This document shows, in pieces, positions 27,553-36,074 of a stretch of 37,049 nt of DNA (positions are counted from its first letter, which is position 1; every line of letters starts with the position of its first letter). Source of the DNA: Candidatus Eiseniibacteriota bacterium (lineage in GTDB: Bacteria > Orphanbacterota > Orphanbacteria > Orphanbacterales > Orphanbacteraceae); NCBI GenBank assembly GCA_043809585.1, contig JBDROZ010000091.1, forward strand, positions 1-37,049. The letters run 5' to 3'. The translations under genes and the position numbers were made by a program. The notes beneath the pieces were generated by a model. It saw only the letters and a list, made by a program, of their open reading frames with translations, had not been told where the DNA came from and searched no databases.

Positions 27553-28710
27553 TCACTCGGTGCGCTCGGACCATACTCCCCAGAGCGCCAGGCCGAAGCC
27601 ATCCAGGCGATCTTGAGGGTCGTCACAGACGGACTGAAGCCAGGTCTTCCGCGTGAGATCCGAGGGATTCCCCGAAATGACTCGGAAGTAGTATACACTG
27701 CCCGCAGGCGCCAACCGGCGAAGCGGCTTAGGCCCCTTTCGCTGCAGGTCCCATCCCCCGAGGGACTCCCATCGTGGGACACAGGCGCCGACGAGCTCGA
27801 GGACGGAATCGCCGTGGATCCCCGGTGGCGTGCCGCGAAGGGGCTCTTTCTCGGAAGTCTTGTCCGGACCCATCCATCCCGGGCACCAGCCCCCGTTAAA
27901 GATTCCAGGTGTGGCGAGCTGCATGCGCAAGAGTTCCGAGTTCTTCAATGCGTCATCGAGCGCGGAGGGGGGGGCTGTTGGCCAAGGGTCGTCCGAGTCG
28001 CACGGCTCGAAACGCGCCATCCCTCCATCGCCGCCAATCCGATGCATCGAGTCCTCCACGGGAGAATGGGTGCGGACGAGCAGCTCCCCACTCCTGACGC
28101 CCGATATGCCGGGAGCCGGCGATTTCACCATCAGAGAGACCATGTCCGTGACGTAGAGCATGCCCTCTTCCGAAGTTTCCGTGGCGTTGTTCGTCTTGTG
28201 CCTAGTCCTCGAATCCACCGAGGGGGTGCACCACCAATCCGCATTGATATTCGTCTTCTTGAGTCGGCCCGTGAGCCAGTCGTAGGTGGCGGACGCGGCG
28301 AGGAAACTACCGAAGGCGTCCGGTTTCGCTGAGACGGAGGAATGACCGATCGGACGGAGTTGATGAGGGAGATTCACGCCCTGTGATGATTCGAGAGCGA
28401 CCGGGCCCATATCCTGGATTCGACCGTCCCGGATCCGCAGGTCCGCCGGCGATGGGAAGTACACGACGGTCTCAACGAAAAGAAGGGGCCCGAGAACCGG
28501 CCATGTCCGGATCTCGGTGACAGCGCTCGGATCACCGAAATCCATGCCCCTCTGCTTTGCCAGCAAGGTGCGCAGAGTCCCGGTGGTTACCGAAGGGTAG
28601 GGGAATTCCCTGCTCCGGGCGCGGGCTCCCCCTCCCAAACCGTAAGGACGAGTGTCGCGAAACATGAGCGAGCCGTGGGGCAAGATCCGAACGGTGTGCA
28701 TCTTCATCAC
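27553..28710 (-). CDS. cmr3: Type III-B Cmr3 (Cas5)
   Basis: LMFRDTRPY, PYPSVTTGTLR, IGGDG, LATPGIF..GW, GGWD, PAGSVY, DGFG. Confidence 0.94.
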   Translation of the reverse strand: MMKMHTVRILPHGSLMFRDTRPYGLGGGARARSREFPYPSVTTGTLRTLLAKQRGMDFGDPSAVTEIRTWPVLGPLLFVETVVYFPSPADLRIRDGRIQDMGPVALESSQGVNLPHQLRPIGHSSVSAKPDAFGSFLAASATYDWLTGRLKKTNINADWWCTPSVDSRTRHKTNNATETSEEGMLYVTDMVSLMVKSPAPGISGVRSGELLVRTHSPVEDSMHRIGGDGGMARFEPCDSDDPWPTAPPSALDDALKNSELLRMQLATPGIFNGGWCPGWMGPDKTSEKEPLRGTPPGIHGDSVLELVGACVPRWESLGGWDLQRKGPKPLRRLAPAGSVYYFRVISGNPSDLTRKTWLQSVCDDPQDRLDGFGLALWGVWSERTE

Positions 28711-30417
28711 CTACCTCAGGTGGGCGGCATGAAAGTTCTGAGCAATGATCATCTCGTTGGCCAGAGCCGCCAATGAGCTTACGTCGGACACGAGGTTAAT
28801 GATGAAATCGCGGTTCTCCTCGGCCAGTCTTCCCGCTTTCGGTCTTTTCTTGCCCAGGAGCCGCCCCACCTCCTTGCGGAGAGAATCGCCTTTGTCGAAT
28901 GCGTCGACTCCGGCATATTCGCCGGCCATCCTGTATAGATCACGTGACAGGCCCTCGGGGATGAGTTCGCTTTCGAGCAATTCGATCCAGCGGCCGAACC
29001 GCTTTGCCGGGTCGGCGGCCCAAGAGAGGCACACGTTCGTTGGCGATCCGGAGCGCTTCTCGAGCAGGACGGCAAGGGCGCCTTTCCGCTGCTTCGCGAT
29101 GCCATTCAGGGCCTCACCCGCGTGCTTGACCATGGTACCCGCCATGGGGGTGAGGATGTGAGTGATCGCGATGCCTACCGACAGCTCGCCCCCGACCTGT
29201 CGGAGGAATTCAGAGTGCAGTTCTTCCGCGCAGCCAATGGCCTGATCGACCGGCGAGAAGGCGAGAAGATCATCCCCACCGGCATAGACCACGACGCCGC
29301 GATGGCCTTCGACTATTTCCGGGACCTTGGACGCGAAGAGAGACAAGCTCCTGCCGAAATTCACGTGCTGCTCCGCGCTGGAGCAATCCCGAGTCCGTTC
29401 TCCCATTCCGTCGCCATCGGCGCAGATAGTGGCTACGTACGGAAAGGGGGTCCGTCCGATCTTTTTCAATAACAGAAGAATCGAATCGGCCAGACGAGCG
29501 GCTACTTTCTTCTCCTCCGGCTCGAGAGCGTCGAGCTGCCGGCTCTTGCCGTTGGCGATGGTCCGGGCGCGCGATTCGAGGAGGAGCTCGGCGTCATATG
29601 GGAAGGAACCATAGATCGGAGGGTGTTCAACCTTGGACACCAGACCGAGGGCCGATAGCTCGCGCATTCTCTCCAGCAGCTTCGTGACCTCCTCGGGATG
29701 ATCGTGTTCCGCCCATCCGATCCATGAATCGAGCGCGATGCGGGATACGGGGGGAAAGCGGCCGGATCCGACGCGCTTCACGACTCCCGGAAGATCGAGC
29801 TGCTCCGCCCTGTTGATACCCGCCTGAAAGCGTGCCCGTTCATGAGACGCACCGGGACCGAGCACCGTCTCACGGCGTCCGTCGAGAGAAGACTTGGGCA
29901 CTCCCGCGCTGAGCGGATTCGGGGAGAAGTCGGTAAGGGTCTCCCGCGCCCGGAAGAGGTTTTCCAATTTCTGGCGGGAGACATTGTAGTCCTTACCGAG
30001 AGGAGACCACGCTGCGAAGAATTCGACCAGGTCCGAGTCCCGCTGGGCGGTCCACCGGGGATCCTCGACGCCAATGTCCCATCGCTTCTTCGCGAGTAGT
30101 GCCCGGGTGTTGTCGGCGGCCTCTTTCCATATGTTGTGGGCCGCTTCTTTCGCGACATCCGCTGCCGACCGAGGGTCTTTTCCCTCGGGGATGATGGCGA
30201 GGACTTCATCGGAGACCGGTACTTGGTCCTTATCCGCACCCGATGGAACGGCCGGGACGATGAGCTCCGCCTCGAACTCGGCTTGGATTCGGAACGCCGC
30301 GGCACGGGCCATCCGGGCGACGTGCTGGGAGGAGAAGAAGAGATCCCGCGTCCGTCGAGAGGAATCGATGAACTCCGCCACCGGCCCCACGGAGAACATG
30401 AGGAGGTGGCCGCTCAT
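28711..30417 (-). CDS. cas10: Cas10/Cmr2, HD-less, intact cyclase palm
   Basis: SVGPVAEFI..RRTRDL, KSSLDGRRE, YVATICADGDGMG, VYAGGDD, SVGIAITH. 568 aa with no N-terminal HD domain. Confidence 0.95.
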   Translation of the reverse strand: MSGHLLMFSVGPVAEFIDSSRRTRDLFFSSQHVARMARAAAFRIQAEFEAELIVPAVPSGADKDQVPVSDEVLAIIPEGKDPRSAADVAKEAAHNIWKEAADNTRALLAKKRWDIGVEDPRWTAQRDSDLVEFFAAWSPLGKDYNVSRQKLENLFRARETLTDFSPNPLSAGVPKSSLDGRRETVLGPGASHERARFQAGINRAEQLDLPGVVKRVGSGRFPPVSRIALDSWIGWAEHDHPEEVTKLLERMRELSALGLVSKVEHPPIYGSFPYDAELLLESRARTIANGKSRQLDALEPEEKKVAARLADSILLLLKKIGRTPFPYVATICADGDGMGERTRDCSSAEQHVNFGRSLSLFASKVPEIVEGHRGVVVYAGGDDLLAFSPVDQAIGCAEELHSEFLRQVGGELSVGIAITHILTPMAGTMVKHAGEALNGIAKQRKGALAVLLEKRSGSPTNVCLSWAADPAKRFGRWIELLESELIPEGLSRDLYRMAGEYAGVDAFDKGDSLRKEVGRLLGKKRPKAGRLAEENRDFIINLVSDVSSLAALANEMIIAQNFHAAHLR

Positions 30418-31889
30418 AGGACGACCTCCGTCATGTTGACTTCACCCTCTCGGAGCTTCAGCCACTCGAAGAAGGCCGTCCGGACTCTGTCGCCGGGCAA
30501 GGCGCTTGCCACAGCCGGCTCAGTCAATGCGGAGAAGCCGACCGTGTCGCCCGGCGCGGAAATAACGTCGAACCGGGCGGCGGAACCACGGACTTCATTA
30601 TCACCGTCGAAGAGGACGACCTCTCCGTCGGGATACGTGCCTTCGAACCAAAGACCGGCCGGGCGCCATGAGCCGTCGGCGAAATTGATCGGTCGGACGA
30701 CAAGAGGGCTGGAGAGTCGCTCGTTCACGGTTCCCGCGCGTTTCCATTTGAGAGTGAGCTGGCGCCTTTTCCAAGCAGGATTCCCTAGATGGTCCACGAC
30801 GGCATTCCCGTCCCTGTCCCTTCGAGCAGAGAATCCCGGTTCCGGATTCGGATAGTTCGTACTTTGGTTCTGCTTGTCCTGGAACTTGATCACGATGGGG
30901 AGCCCGAACGAAGACCTAGGCCACGTGGGTCTGTCCGTCAGTGCTATCGATGCCGTATGTTGCCATGACGTAAAGGGGAGAGGAGGCGTCAGCAGCAACC
31001 GGATCTTGTCCGGCTCGGGCCAGCTCGTGCGACCGGGGTGGTTTCCGATACCGCCGGTTCGAGGTACTCTCTGGCGGAAATCAACGATCCAGGCCAGGCT
31101 CTCCCGCCATGCCGGCTCCGGGTCTCCAGCGGCGCCCGCGGAAGACTTGACGATTACACGTGAGGATCGAAGGTGCGGCACAACAGTAGGGGCGGTCGGG
31201 GAGGGCGTATCCTCGAGCCAGCTACCCAAGGCGGCTGGCGTCTTCGGCCTCCAAAAGCCCGGTTCTCTGAGGTTCGGGAGTCGCGTGAATCCCAAGGCGC
31301 CTGCGCCGCGCCTCGTTCGTGAACCGTAACCGCCGAAGGCGACCCAGGCTCGAAGCGCCTGGCAGACATGATCCTCGATCGGTCTGCCGGCGACCTCCAT
31401 GGATGGGGGAAAGCGAAGCGAGAGTTCGAACTCCACGCCACTACGGAGGGAGCATCCCTGCACGCCCCTCGACGGGAAAAAGGCATAGTTCGTGATGTCA
31501 TTGGATCCTGGGGGGGGCTGCGACTCTCCACGGTTTAGAAGTCGCAGCCTCACCTCCACGGCGGATGGAAGACTGTTCCCTCCCGATCCCCCCTTCCGCC
31601 CCGTGGAGTCGCGCGCCTGAGTTCCCCCCCAGGCCTTGAACTCCGCTTGACGCATCTCTTCGAGGTCCGAGAACGCGGCGCCGATGGTGGCGCGCCACCA
31701 GAAGCGGAGATGCCCTCGAATGGACGGTGCTCGGATGGGATCCAGGTCGTCCGATCGACCGGCTTCGGCGCCCCCACCGTAGACGGGAGTCGCCACGTGG
31801 ATTTGGCATCGAATACTCTGCCTGTCGTCCTTCCGACTCTCAGGCAGACCACCTTGTGGCGGGGGGGCGGGTGTTCTCACGGGGCACAT
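30414..31889 (-). CDS. cmr1: Type III-B RAMP protein Cmr1
   Basis: TPVYGGG, IRAPSIRGHLRFWWRA, FGGYGSRTRRGAG, WPEPD, FGLPI, RLSSPL. Confidence 0.95.
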   Translation of the reverse strand: MCPVRTPAPPPQGGLPESRKDDRQSIRCQIHVATPVYGGGAEAGRSDDLDPIRAPSIRGHLRFWWRATIGAAFSDLEEMRQAEFKAWGGTQARDSTGRKGGSGGNSLPSAVEVRLRLLNRGESQPPPGSNDITNYAFFPSRGVQGCSLRSGVEFELSLRFPPSMEVAGRPIEDHVCQALRAWVAFGGYGSRTRRGAGALGFTRLPNLREPGFWRPKTPAALGSWLEDTPSPTAPTVVPHLRSSRVIVKSSAGAAGDPEPAWRESLAWIVDFRQRVPRTGGIGNHPGRTSWPEPDKIRLLLTPPLPFTSWQHTASIALTDRPTWPRSSFGLPIVIKFQDKQNQSTNYPNPEPGFSARRDRDGNAVVDHLGNPAWKRRQLTLKWKRAGTVNERLSSPLVVRPINFADGSWRPAGLWFEGTYPDGEVVLFDGDNEVRGSAARFDVISAPGDTVGFSALTEPAVASALPGDRVRTAFFEWLKLREGEVNMTEVVL

Positions 31890-32026
31890 GGGCCTCTCCT
31901 TGTTCCAAGTTCAACAGGCCTCTCTATATTACTTCATTCTCTCTACATCAGTTCCTTTCGTTCACGCTCGGCCCAAGGGGCCCCTGAGACCGACCCTCCA
32001 CACAATATAAAGGAGTCGGCCATGGA

Positions 32027-32846
32027 ATCTCAATCCCTTATCCGGCCTTTCCCTCTGAGACTGGAACATCGAGTGGCTTCCCACGCTTCAGGTGATCAAG
32101 TCGCAATCCCTTATCCGGCCTTTCCCTCTGAGACCTCGGTTGATGGTGCTACAGAAACTGCGCCAAGAAAGTCGCAATCCCTTATCCGGCCTTTCCCTCT
32201 GAGACGCTGCGCGCACGGGCTCATTCCTGTCATGTGGCCAAAGTCGCAATCCCTTATCCGGCCTTTCCCTCTGAGACCCACAAGCCCATCCCGCGCAATG
32301 GCCTGAATCGAATGTCGCAATCCCTTATCCGGCCTTTCCCTCTGAGACACGTGGACGTACATCATCATCGCCGAGGTCGTCAAGTCGCAATCCCTTATCC
32401 GGCCTTTCCCTCTGAGACTCCCCGGGTACTGCCTGGAAATCATTCGGAGACTGAAGTCGCAATCCCTTATCCGGCCTTTCCCTCTGAGACACCTGGATCA
32501 CCTGAACCAGCTCTTCTCGAGGTTCCGCAGTCGCAATCCCTTATCCGGCCTTTCCCTCTGAGACGCAAGCTCTTCGACCTCAAGCTCACCTACCCGGGGT
32601 CGCAATCCCCTGGCGGCCATTCCCTCTGAGACCTTCAACTGGTACTTCATGCAGGAACACTTCGCTGAGTCGCAATCCCTTATCCGGCCTTTCCCTCTGA
32701 GACACGGAGATGACATCTGCGTTCGCGGCCATTGGATCGGGTCGCAATCCCTTGTCCGGCCTTTCCCTCTGAGACCACAACGCAGGTCGATCCGAAGTTC
32801 TGCCCGCAGAGGTCGCAATCCCTTATCCGGCCTTTCCCTCTGAGAT
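32027..32846 (-). CRISPR. CRISPR array 1: 12 repeats, 11 spacers (34-39 nt)
   Basis: 35-nt repeat GTCGCAATCCCTTATCCGGCCTTTCCCTCTGAGAC (+ strand). Minus orientation inferred from the ATTGCGAC 3' end and the degenerate left repeat. Variant repeats at 32027, 32599, 32741, 32812. Confidence 0.97.
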
Positions 32847-32938
32847 TCCTGAACCCGCTCGCCGAAACGGAGAAGAAGGCGGGCGAGCCGATCGCGAAGT
32901 CGATCATCCTCGATATCGTAAACCACCACGTAAAGCAT
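32843..32938 (-). pseudogene. cas2: 5' fragment of cas2 truncated by a CRISPR repeat
   Basis: MLYVVVYDIEDDRLRDRLARLLLRFGERVQES is a canonical Cas2 N-terminus. It runs straight into the repeat in place of the usual VFE... Confidence 0.88.
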
Positions 32939-32961
32939 AGGCAATCGATTTGTCGCGCCCC

Positions 32962-35835
32962 CTAGCCCCGTCGCCGGAGCGGCCGGTACTCCTCGTCGTT
33001 TCGGAGGATGAACGCCCGGATCCGGGCGGCCTGCCGATCCATGAACTCCCGGTACGTGACCTTCTCCCCGACGGGGGGAGTGAATCGGAGATCGAGACGC
33101 TTCTCCATCGTCTGGAGAAAGAGGCGCCGGAAGTCGTCTTTCATGAGGCAGGGAAACCGGCCATCCGAGGAGGGGGCGAATCGATCGGGGGAAGTTTCCC
33201 GCCGCCGGATCAGGGCGAGGACCGTGGCCTCCACGAGAAACCGGAACTCCTCCACCAGGTCCGAGGCGAGGGCGTGATGGGCGCCGCGTCTTCGATGGTA
33301 GAGGCCGATGCACGGCTGGAGGCCCGCCGCGATGACCGCTGTCGAGGCATGCCGGTGGAGGACCGAATACCCGAAGGAGAGCATGGCGTTCACCGGGTCG
33401 GTCGGCGGGCGCTTCCTCCGCCCCGAGAATCCCCACTCCCCGGGGATGGCCTCCCCCATGGCCCGGAAGAGGAGGGCCGTGCCCCGCCCCTCGATTCCAC
33501 GGACCGAGGCGACCGTCTCCTTGTTCATGAGAGAGCGTTCCAGTTCACGAATCTCTTCGGCCGTGGATCCCGCCGTGTCGAGCCGGAATCGGGAAATCCC
33601 GGCGGCGGCGCCGTGGAGGCGGGCGGCGACGACGGCTCGGGCGAAGACAAGCCGCCGGCCTTCGTCGTCCGCCGCACGGGCCTGGGCTTCCCAGACGGGC
33701 CAATCGGGTTGGAACGGTCCGAAGACATTCCGCAGATTTCCCCCCCGGTCACAGAAGAAAACGGGGACGCCGGAGCGCGTCAGCTGGAGAATCGTCGGGG
33801 TCGTCACGCGGGAATGCCCATGAATGGTCAGGGACGCGACGGACTCGATCGGGAAGCTTCGGGACTCCTCCTCCGGTTCCTCGATCTGGATGGCCCCGTT
33901 CCGAAGAAAGATCCGGGCGAAGGGAGTGAGCACGTGGAGAGAACGCTTCGCCGGGGGGGACGATGGGGGCTGTGGATGGAGGGGGATCGCCTGGATGGTC
34001 TCCGACCTCCCCGGCCGGTTCGACGAGGGGAGAAGGGCCCGAACGCGCTCGAAGGGGACCGAGGCCAGCCACGACGCGGCGGGAACCAGGTCCGTGGCCG
34101 CGCTCTCTTCGGCGCCGGTCTCTCTGTCTCCATTTTCCTCGCTCTCGAGCGCCACAGAGCGGCAGAAGAGATATCCCAGATACGTGAAACCGTCATCGAG
34201 GGAGCGAATCTCGGTCTTCGTGGGATGGAGACGGAGTCCCATCTCGTCGAGGGAATGGGCGACCACTTCCTTGGCCCGCCGGGCGTTGTCGAGTTCCTTG
34301 CAGAGGACGACAAAGTCGTCGGCGTACCGTACCAGGCGAAATCCCCGCCCCAGAATCTCCTCGTCCAGCTCGTCGAGATAGAGATTGGCGAGCATGGGGG
34401 CGACGGGCGATCCCTGGGGAAGGCCCTGATGGCGTTCGATCCGGCGCCCCTGGAAGACGACGGGGGCCTTTACCCATCGGCGGATCTCTCCGACGAGGGG
34501 CTCGAAGGGGAAGAGGGCTTCGATCTTCGCGAAGAGGCGCTCCCAGGGGACGGCATCGAAGAAGGACTCGATGTCGGCATCCAGAACGTACCGGTATCCC
34601 TCCCGGTAGGCGCGTTGAATGGCGAGGGCCGCCCCGGCCCGGGAGAAGCCCTTCCGGTAGGCGTAGGAGCACTCTTCGAGAAGCGCGTCGATGGACGGGG
34701 CGAGAACGTCACAGGCCGCGCGCTGATAGACCCGGTCCTTTACCGTGGGGATCGCGAGGGCCCGCGCGCGCCCGTCCTTCTTCGCCTGAATGAATCCGAG
34801 CAGGGGAGACGGGCGGTAAGCGCCTCCTCTCCACTCTTCTGCAATCTCCTCCATGTTGTGATCGGCGAATCGACCGTACTCTTCCGGCCCTACTCCATCG
34901 ACGCCGGGCGCTTCCGAATGCGTGGTCACATGGGTGAGGGCGGGCTCGAGGACCTTGGGATCGGCCATGCATTCGTGAAAGGAGCGGGCGGGTGAAAACG
35001 GCTCTTCCCCGAAGGTCTCGATACCGGAGAAAAGATATCGGCCGAAACCGTAGTGCGTCTTCTGGCCGGCGTGAAGGTGCCGCCCGAGAAAGAGGAGGGG
35101 GGCCCAGGAGGAGGGGACGCCTTCGAAGGTCACCGTACCGATCACACCGCCCAGGGTGAAGCCGCGGGGCCGGTTCGGGTCTTTTCGGGGCGCACCACGT
35201 ATCGGCATGTCGATCCAGGTGAGACAGCGGCCCCCCTCGAGGAGACCGGGGGGCAGGTCCGGTGGGCCATCGGGGACGAACTCGGCGAGGGCCGGACAGG
35301 CTTCCGCGAGGAAGCGGAGGCGGCGGTGGAGCCGGCGCAGGAAATGATCTGCCGGAAAGAAGGACTGATTCACGTAGCGTTCGCCGGGGGCCTCGGCGCC
35401 TGCGGGACGGGCGAGACGAAGGGGGGAGAGAAGGCGGAGGGACAATGAGGAGCGGCAGAGAAGCCCCCTCGCTTCATCGAGAGATGGTGAGGGGGGGCGC
35501 TGAACGTCGACAACGCGATAATTGCCTCCGAAGCGAGGCGAATCTTCGGCCCCTCGCCCGGACCGGGAGCCGATCGACTCGATCCGGCCCAGAAGATCGG
35601 GGACGATCTTCGACTCTTCGCCGATGAGAGTCAAACCCAACCGATAGGGATCGCCGGGCTCGAAAAGGACCCGGCCCGATTCGGGAGTCGCGGGGATCAG
35701 TTCTTCCGGCAGGTCGTGCGTGCCGAGCGCTCGACAGAGGAGCCCCATCACCGCCCCTCCATGAAGGAAGGGGAAGGTCGCCCTCTCGGTGAACTCGAGG
35801 GTGAGCGAAATGCGGGTGATGGGCAGCGAGTCCAG
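32962..35835 (-). CDS. cas1: Cas6-reverse transcriptase-Cas1 fusion
   Basis: Cas6 G-loop GQKTHYGFG. RT motifs APGVDG, LAIPTVKDR, DADIESFFD, GLPQGSP, RYADDF, FTYLGY. Cas1 motifs RGIEG, R.KRPPTDPVNAMLSFGY, GLYH, LASDLVEEFR. The ORF track start is 35751; a CTG start at 35835 is proposed. Confidence 0.95.
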   Translation of the reverse strand: MDSLPITRISLTLEFTERATFPFLHGGAVMGLLCRALGTHDLPEELIPATPESGRVLFEPGDPYRLGLTLIGEESKIVPDLLGRIESIGSRSGRGAEDSPRFGGNYRVVDVQRPPSPSLDEARGLLCRSSLSLRLLSPLRLARPAGAEAPGERYVNQSFFPADHFLRRLHRRLRFLAEACPALAEFVPDGPPDLPPGLLEGGRCLTWIDMPIRGAPRKDPNRPRGFTLGGVIGTVTFEGVPSSWAPLLFLGRHLHAGQKTHYGFGRYLFSGIETFGEEPFSPARSFHECMADPKVLEPALTHVTTHSEAPGVDGVGPEEYGRFADHNMEEIAEEWRGGAYRPSPLLGFIQAKKDGRARALAIPTVKDRVYQRAACDVLAPSIDALLEECSYAYRKGFSRAGAALAIQRAYREGYRYVLDADIESFFDAVPWERLFAKIEALFPFEPLVGEIRRWVKAPVVFQGRRIERHQGLPQGSPVAPMLANLYLDELDEEILGRGFRLVRYADDFVVLCKELDNARRAKEVVAHSLDEMGLRLHPTKTEIRSLDDGFTYLGYLFCRSVALESEENGDRETGAEESAATDLVPAASWLASVPFERVRALLPSSNRPGRSETIQAIPLHPQPPSSPPAKRSLHVLTPFARIFLRNGAIQIEEPEEESRSFPIESVASLTIHGHSRVTTPTILQLTRSGVPVFFCDRGGNLRNVFGPFQPDWPVWEAQARAADDEGRRLVFARAVVAARLHGAAAGISRFRLDTAGSTAEEIRELERSLMNKETVASVRGIEGRGTALLFRAMGEAIPGEWGFSGRRKRPPTDPVNAMLSFGYSVLHRHASTAVIAAGLQPCIGLYHRRRGAHHALASDLVEEFRFLVEATVLALIRRRETSPDRFAPSSDGRFPCLMKDDFRRLFLQTMEKRLDLRFTPPVGEKVTYREFMDRQAARIRAFILRNDEEYRPLRRRG

Positions 35836-36074
35836 TGGACGCCTCCAGGGGCGGGGAGCGCGATGGGGTTACGACATGGAAAGGGCGGGGTCTTTTCCCT
35901 TCTCAATATATGGGGCGATGCGGGCGGTCCCCCGCGGATGAACCAACCCTGCTCCTCCCCTCCCGCCGAAGCACCCAAGACCGCACCGCACCCCGTGGGC
36001 TGCCCCCGCGGCTCGTCTCGAGCCTTATCCCGCTAGTCCCTCGACAAATGGACGTTGATCGCCCGCGACGCGAA

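Noticed and set aside
32498-33436. 312-aa ORF containing the Cas2 motif
   Set aside because: The N-terminal part is an alternative frame of cas1 and the C-terminal part is translated repeats. Only 32843-32938 is Cas2-like.
33900-34980. RT domain as a group II intron, retron or DGR
   Set aside because: It is fused in frame between Cas6 and Cas1. No maturase/endonuclease domain, msr-msd or TR/VR pair was seen.
36015-36048. Repeat-like remnant GTCTCGAGCCTTATCCCGCTAGTCCCTC left of array 2
   Set aside because: Only partial similarity and about 26 nt from the next repeat. It may be a decayed terminal repeat but was not counted.
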